Assembly: GCA_964016885.1 (NCBI GenBank) | Contig: OZ024741.1 | Coordinates: forward strand, 385,268,001 to 385,332,000 | Length of the DNA: 64,000 nucleotides | Origin: Eledone cirrhosa | Lineage: Eukaryota | Direction of reading: 5' to 3' | Shown here: in pieces, positions 56,916-64,000 of the stretch | Layout of the letters: every line of letters begins with the position of its first letter | Position numbering within the stretch: the first letter of the stretch is position 1 | The notes under the pieces: generated by a model | The model's input: only the letters and a program-made list of their open reading frames with translations | Told to the model about the DNA's origin: nothing | Databases searched by the model: none | Position numbers and translations under genes: made by a program

Positions 56916-57214
56916 GCTTTCCTATGTGCAGGGGCTTAGGCATACATCTAGTATTTACCACCTTCCTTTCCATCACCTCATACAGGTGTCATGACAAAAA
57001 GCATCCAACCCACACTGTAAAGTGGTCATGTAGGTGTCATGACAAAAAGACCTCAGTACACACTATAAATATGGTTGGTGTTAGAAACCAAGCCAAAATC
57101 AGTTCTGTATGAGCAAAACAAGGTTATCCGACCTGGCTTGTCTCACAATGGGACAGCCCATCTAACTCATGTTAGTATGGAAAATGGTCGTTAAACAGTG
57201 ATACACATAAATAT

Positions 57215-57315
<101 letters not shown>

Positions 57316-57505
57316 AGTAAATATATTAATTAGTCTCTAATACATAAACATCTCAATGAATGGATAAAATATATAGATAAAAATATCAACCAGGGAAGCA
57401 ATATTACATATTAAGTATAAGTGAAAAAACTCTATTTATGGGAGTATAAGCTAGACAGACCCCAAACAATTTTAGTCTATCTCATTTATATATCTATCTC
57501 CCTAC

Positions 57506-57645
57506 CATGGTTTCATTCATGGAAGAAGCAACTATTGGAAAAGACCAATATTTGAAGAATTCACAAAACATCAGGGAGATATTCTTCAATTCAAAGAGAC
57601 CATATTTATCATGAAATTCTACATACCAGTTGCCAATCCAGCATG
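57506..57645 (-). CDS. Possible internal exon of an unidentified gene (CWIGNWYVEF...SMNETM)
   Basis: Acceptor gtgttttgtacAG, 140 nt open, donor ATG|GTAGGG; no homolog recognised. Confidence 0.3.
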
Positions 57646-57788
57646 CTGTACAAAACACATTGTGTAATTTAACCATTACATGAATAAATGTCTCTTAATA
57701 ATATTAGGACAACGTGACAGACTTATAATACAGCTAGAAATAGCAGCCAAAAGACCGTCTGACACAGCTCAACAAATCAGGAACAGAT

Positions 57789-58016
57789 TATTTGCATATT
57801 ACAATTGTTTTGATATTGATCAGCTCAGGATACAATCAAGGTGACAGGACCCGGCTCTTTTTTGACATCTCATCAGATATGTGAGCTAATATGTGCAATG
57901 ACACATCTTTGCACATATAAGCTCACATATCTGATAAGATGCCGAAAAAGAGTCACCTTGTCACCTTGATTGTATCCTGAGCTGATCAATATCAAAACAA
58001 TTGTAATATGCAAATA
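57789..58016. repeat. Long fold-back hairpin, ~105-bp arms
   Basis: tatttgcatattacaattgttttgatattgatcagctcaggatacaatcaaggtgaca is perfectly mirrored; inner arm imperfect; small loop. Confidence 0.92.
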
Positions 58017-58789
58017 TAGTTTATACATATGCTGCAGCGCTGACTCTTTTAAAATTATTTACACTCTGCACACTACAGCCGTAACACTAGAATACAACCT
58101 TCAAAAAATGGTCCTCGTAACAGCATCAAGTTCTTCAAATTGCACACCGCCTGTAACTGTTGTTACACACTTAACTAACATATATATATATATATATATA
58201 AATTTACAAAAATCATTATTCAAAACACTGCATTCCAGAAGAGTGAGATCATCATTTATTGCATAACACTAACACATGTTTCTTTGTGTGCGTTATACAA
58301 TCAGTCTAGGATTGCTAATATTTGACTCCTTCAATCAAATTAAATCGAATCCAACTACTTAAAAAATTATATGTAGACACAACAAATTTGCAGAGAGGAA
58401 TAAGAACTTTTTCACATATAGAGATATATAGAAAGCAAGCAAAAATTAAAGGAAAAAAAAGAAAAAAGAAGATTCACCATGAAAGAATAGAAAGAGAGAG
58501 ATATATGGAGGATAGTATTTTAGATAGAAAAACATACGTAGAAGAAGGAAGGAGGAAGAATGATGAAGAAAGTATGAGGGTGAAGATTAGGAGAAAGAGA
58601 TAGAAGGAGAAAACAATAACAGAAAATTAGTTGTTGTAGTCATAGTAATGTAACAATCCTTTACAAATAAGAATATAACCAGCATTACTTCAAAGAGGCC
58701 AGCAAAGATATAACCATAATAAAGTTACAATAAAGTCACCATGGTAGATTAGAGAAACAATTGAATAGATATTCGGATCAAATCTCATA

Positions 58790-59140
58790 TTAGTCAGGAT
58801 TATAGAAAGAAAAGGTTTTTAATTGTTTGTGTCTGCAATTAAAAAAATGTTCCTGTCTAGTATTTACTAAGTTCGTTCTAGTTATTATATGGTAAACTTC
58901 AAGTGTACAAATATGACATAACCTGAATCCTGTTGATACTGACGGGAAAATCCCAAGATTCACCACAAAATTTTGTACTTTCTTTTTGGCTTCTTTTAAT
59001 TCCCAAATTTTATCAGCTAAAGCAGTTGAGTTTCTAAGTTTAGGATTCTTAAACGAGTGTGTGTTGGATGTAGCCCTTATATATATGAATTTTTGGTTGT
59101 TCACTTTAATCTCGCACTGGTATACTATATTATCAACCAA
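58790..59140 (-). mobile_element. GIY-YIG remnant of a PLE related to the 33330-36002 element
   Basis: NIVYQCEI..YIRATSN..HSFKN..NSTALADKI..CHICTLE..RQE...CRHK. Confidence 0.8.
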
Positions 59141-59676
59141 TAAATGATGATTTCACTCTTCTGGAATGTGGTGTTTTAAATGATAATTTTTGTATATTTC
59201 TATATATACTCTGTAAATTGTTACATTTGGAAACTTATAGTGGAACTACCACAGGGTATACCAAACAAAATAATTCAACTGTTGAGTAAAATACTACTGT
59301 AAGCAGCTTGAGTTTCTTGTTACATAATCACTGTATTGATCAACTAACAGTTGTGTACACAGATTTATGTACAACAGAGTTTTTGTGTAATAATAAAAAA
59401 AATAAGGCATTATTCTGGAATCTTATATCATTTCATTAATTATGCCATTGCAGTTATACACATTTCAATGGTATCAATTATGTAATTGATACAACCTCAT
59501 CATACAACTATTATGTAATTTTTGATACTGTGATATGCTCCAGTTGAGTATTTTGATGTTGTCACATCAAGCCTGGTTAACTATATATATTCATATATAG
59601 TTGACATACATGAGAATAAGTACTTAATACCAAAGTAAAGCTTAATAATATTCTTTATTATTGCTAAGTGGTAAGA

Positions 59677-59725
59677 CTTGTTACTCAAGAGTTTCAGTTT
59701 TGTACTCACAGGATCATCAGACAAG
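59677..59725 (-). ncRNA. Hammerhead candidate with decayed stem II
   Basis: cttgt-CUGAUGA...GAAA-ctc-tt-gag-UA-acaag. Confidence 0.5.
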
Positions 59726-59759
59726 ACCATATATATAGAGAGAAAAAGATAGGTAGATG

Positions 59760-59796
<37 letters not shown>

Positions 59797-60974
59797 TCTG
59801 CAGTGCTGAGACTGAGGACACCACTAATCATGGGAGTACTCAATGCATGGGAAGATGCAGAGTAGGTATAGTGATATGTAAAGTCCCGACTGTGGCGACA
59901 AGCAGTTTTGACTTGTGTTCAGCAAGCCTTTTATATATATATCATCATCATCTTCACACACACACACACTTACATACACATACACACACATACATACATA
60001 TATATATACATATATAAATATATATTTATGAGTATATACTTAATCATTTTAATTCAATTTTAAATCACCTTTATCAATTCACATTTAAAATTGGCTTTAA
60101 GAAAGATTGTGTGTTTTTTTGTTTTTGTTTTGTGTGTTGTTTTTTAGGCATTAGCAAAAATATAAAGGAAATTGATGAAGAAAGGAGAAAGTGATTTTAA
60201 AAATGTTTGGAAATGTTGGGAAGGGGGAGGGAGGGGCGGGGTGATAATGTGGTGGGAGCATGGGTGGAGTGAAGTGGAGTTGTGCAGAAAATTGGAGAAA
60301 GGGAAAAAAAAGAACAGGGCAGCTGAATAAGTGAGAGAAATAGAGATAAGAAGACTATGAAATGGACCCCTGGTAGATTATAATAACAGGGAAGGAAAGA
60401 CTGCTGGTAGTGATAGAAAGGGAGGGAGAGAGAGGGAGGGGTGAGATAAGAGGCTGAGGAAATGGTTGTGGGTTCTTTGTGTGTGTATGTGGAGATTGTG
60501 TCTGTGTGTGTGTATGTGTGTGTGAGGTGAATGTATGGGGAGGGGAAGGGCATTGAATTAAAAAAAGATATGAAGAAAACTAGGAAAAGTCAGTATAGAA
60601 GTGATAGATGTGGTGGTGGTGGTGGTTCCTCCTCAACTTCTACGCCCTCTGCCTCACCATCATCATCATCATCATCACCATCAATTTACACAATTGGCCT
60701 ATGAGTATTGTTGTTGTTGTTGTTGTTGTGGTGGTGGTGGTGGTAGTGGAGTTGCTGTGCTGTTGTTGCTGCTGGTTGTGATGTTGGTGGTGTTGGTGAA
60801 GGGTCCAGTCATTGTCCTAGTAGTAGTGGTGATAGATGTCTGTGGTGGTGGTGGTGGTGGTGATAGATGTCTGTGGTGGTGGTGGTGGTGGTGGTGATAG
60901 ATGTCTGTGGTGGTGGTGGTGGTTCTGGTGGTGGTAGTGGTTCTGGCGTTTGTGTTGGTGTTTGTTGTGATGCT

Positions 60975-61520
60975 AGTGGTAGTGTGATGGTAGCAGTGAT
61001 GCTAATGGTGGAAGTGCTGTTGTTACTGGTAGTGTTGGTGTTGGTAGTGGTGGCGGTGGTGGTGGTGGTGGTGGTGGTGGTGGTGGTGGTGGTGGTGGTG
61101 GTGGTGGTTCTGGTGCTTGTGTTGGTGTTTGTTGTGATGGTAGCAGTGATGCTAATGGTGGAAGTGCTGTTGTTACTGGTAGTGTTGGTGTTGGCAGTGG
61201 TGGTGGTGGTGGTGGTGGTGGTGGTGGTGGTGGTGGTGGTGGTGGTGGTGGTGGTGGTGGTGGTGGTGGTGGTTCTGGTGCTTGTGTTGGTGTTTGTTGT
61301 GATGGTAGCAGTGATGCTAATGGTGGAAGTGCTGTTGTTACTGGTAGTGTTGGTGTTGGTAGTGGTGGCGGTGGTGGTGGTGGTGGTGGTGGTGGTGGTG
61401 GTGGTGGTGGTGGTTCTGGTGCTTGTGTTGGTGTTTGTTGTGATGGTAGCAGTGATGCTAATGGTGGAAGTGGTGTTGTTACTGGTAGTGTTGGTGTTGG
61501 TGGTGGTGGTGGTGGTGACA
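60975..61520. repeat. Compound minisatellite (~3.5 units) with variable (GGT)n
   Basis: gtgatggtagcagtgatgctaatggtggaagtg recurs four times. Confidence 0.9.
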
Positions 61521-61701
61521 TTGCTGCTACTGATGTAAGTGTTGGGGTTGATGTTGGTGTTGAAGGGTGTTGTTTGGATTGTGTAGGGTTAAAAAAACTA
61601 AAGGAAGACCAGTGGAGCAGATAAAGTGGAAGTGAGGGAGTGGGTAATTTTGATAAAGGAATAAAATAAATATAGGGTAATATATAACATAGAGAGAGAG
61701 A

Positions 61702-61805
<104 letters not shown>

Positions 61806-61843
61806 TATATATGTATATATATATATAGAGAGAGAGATAGAGA

Positions 61844-61916
<73 letters not shown>

Positions 61917-62334
61917 CAGGAGTGAATGTGAGTGAAAGAAGACAGAAAGACAGAGAGACAGAGAGACAGAGAGAAACAGAGAGAGACAGGTATCACATTA
62001 TACAGAGAGATAACGTGAATATGATGTGGAAATTGAAAGGAAAGTATAACAGTAATGAGATATGTCTAGTGGTAGTGGTGGGAGGAGGTGTTGTAGGGAT
62101 AATAAACAAATAAAGGGAAGGAGAGGGAGTTATTGCAACACAAGAGGAGAGGAATAGGCAGAGTAGGGGTGAATGAATGGGAGAGTATAGAGAGAAAGGG
62201 ACTGAGAAAGACATACAAATGACAGAGAGAGAGAGATAATCAGTCATTTAGACAGTATATAGTGGAGTATAAAGAATTAAAGTGAAAAAGGATTCAGGTG
62301 ACAGTGTATGTATAAGAATGAGGTAAGATGAAAG

Positions 62335-63328
62335 TGTGTTGATAGTGCATTGACAGTGTATTGACAGGGTATTGACAGTGTGTTGACAGGGTATTGACAG
62401 TGTGTTGGTAATGTATTGATATTGTATTAAACATATATTGACAGAATAATGACAGTGTTGAAAGTTTATTGACAGTGTATTAACAATGTATTGACAATAT
62501 ATTTATAGTGTATTGACAGAGTATTGGCAATGTGTTGGCAGTGTGTTGACAGTGTATTGCCAGTGTGTTGGTAGTGTATTGACAGTATAGTAACAGTGTA
62601 TTGACAGTGTGATGGCAGTGTATTGACAATATATTTATAGTGTATTGACAGAGTATTGGCAGTGTATTGGCAGTGAATTGGGGGGTGTATTGACAGTGTA
62701 TTGTCAGTGTATTGACGATGTATTTTCAGAATATTGAAAGAGTACTGACAGTTTATTGACAGTGCATTGACAGTGTATTGACAGAATATTGGCAGAATAT
62801 TGACAGTGTGTTAACAGCGTATTTACAGAATATGGACGGGTATTGAATATGTATTGACAGTGTATTGGCAGTGCATTGACAGTGAATTGACAGTGTATTG
62901 ACAGAATATTGACAATGCCCTGACAGTGTATTGACAGGGTATTGACAATATTGACAATGTATTGACAGAATACTGAGAGCGCATTGACAGTGAATTGACA
63001 GTGTATTGACAGTGTATTGACAGAATATTGACAATGTATTGACAGAATATTGCCAGTGTATTGAAAGTTTATTGACAGTGTATTGACAGTATATTGACAG
63101 TATATCGACAGTATATTGACAGTGTAATGAAGGAGTATTTGACAGTGTATTGACACTGTGTTGGCAGTGTATTGGCAATGAATTAACAGAATATTGACAG
63201 TGTATCAACAGTGTATTGACAGAAAATAAACAATGAATGGACAGTACATTAAAAGTGTATGAAAATATAAATCAATGTATTGAAAGTGTAATCATAATTT
63301 ATTAATACTGTATTGACAGTGTATTGAG
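62335..63328. repeat. Degenerate 11-bp satellite (GTGTATTGACA)n
   Basis: Directly visible over ~1 kb. Confidence 0.92.
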
Positions 63329-63947
63329 AATAAAGGTGACAATGGGAGTGAGAAAGAGAGAGACAGAGAGAGAAAGAGAGTTAAGGTGACAGTAAGAGAG
63401 AGGGAGAGTTAATGTCAAAGTGGGCAAGAGAGAGAGATGTAAGATGACAGCATAAGTGCGAGAGTGAAACGCAAAGTAAATATGTGAGTGACAAAGAGAG
63501 AGTTAAGGGGACAATGAGAGAGAGAGAGAGAGAGAGAGAGAAGGAGTTAAGGTAACAATGAGAGAGAGAGTGTGTTAAGGTGTCAGTGTGAGAGAGGGAG
63601 ATAGAGAGAGAGAGAGAAAGAGATTTAATGGGACAGTGCGTGAGAGAGAATTTAGGTGACAGTAAGAGAGAGAGAGAGAGAGAGAAAGAGAAAGAGAGAG
63701 AGAGAGAGAGAGTGAAGATGGTATTGAGAGAGACAGAGAGTTAAGGTGACAGTGTGTGAGAGAGAGAGAGTTAAGGTGACAGTGAGAGAGAGAGAGAGTG
63801 AGAGAGAATTAAGGTGACAGTCTGAGAGAGAAAGAGATTTGAGGTGACAATGGGAGAGAGAGGGAAAGAGTTAAGGTGACAGTGTGAGAGAGAGTTGGGG
63901 TGACAGTGTGAGACAGAGAGAGAGATATAGAGAGAGTTAAGGTGACA

Positions 63948-63978
<31 letters not shown>

Positions 63979-64000
63979 TTAAGATGACATTGAGAGAGAG
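63329..64000. repeat. gttaaggtgacagt + (GA)n compound minisatellite, running off the window
   Basis: Directly visible. Confidence 0.9.

Noticed and set aside
62704-63208. Repeat proteins (SIHCQYTVNT)
   Set aside because: Translation of the 11-bp satellite; also not a telomeric TTAGGG repeat.

Overview
AT-rich, repeat-saturated animal DNA. The tRNA-derived SINEs, huge (TA)n tracts and Penelope/RTE load point to an octopod cephalopod (inference, no database check). Almost all long ORFs in the track are microsatellite artefacts. Real content: (1) a young Penelope-like element (PLE) at 29001-36490 with an uninterrupted RT + C-terminal GIY-YIG ORF, ~815-bp near-identical inverted termini and a type I hammerhead ribozyme with an unusually long stem II in each arm. 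(2) Several more PLE remnants and stand-alone hammerhead modules next to (TA)n, including a 130-bp module fused at the same nucleotide to two different PLEs. (3) Decayed Chapaev3, mariner, hAT and piggyBac-type DNA elements with recognisable TIRs/TSDs. (4) CR1, Tx1, R4/Dong and RTE LINE fragments, with an (AAT)n insertion hotspot at 49.3-53.1 kb. (5) Many SINEs, long fold-back inverted repeats and TE-born minisatellites. (6) A candidate spliced minus-strand host gene 5' end (three phase-0 exons, 5220-674) behind a double-CCAAT promoter. Family names come from motif recognition only.
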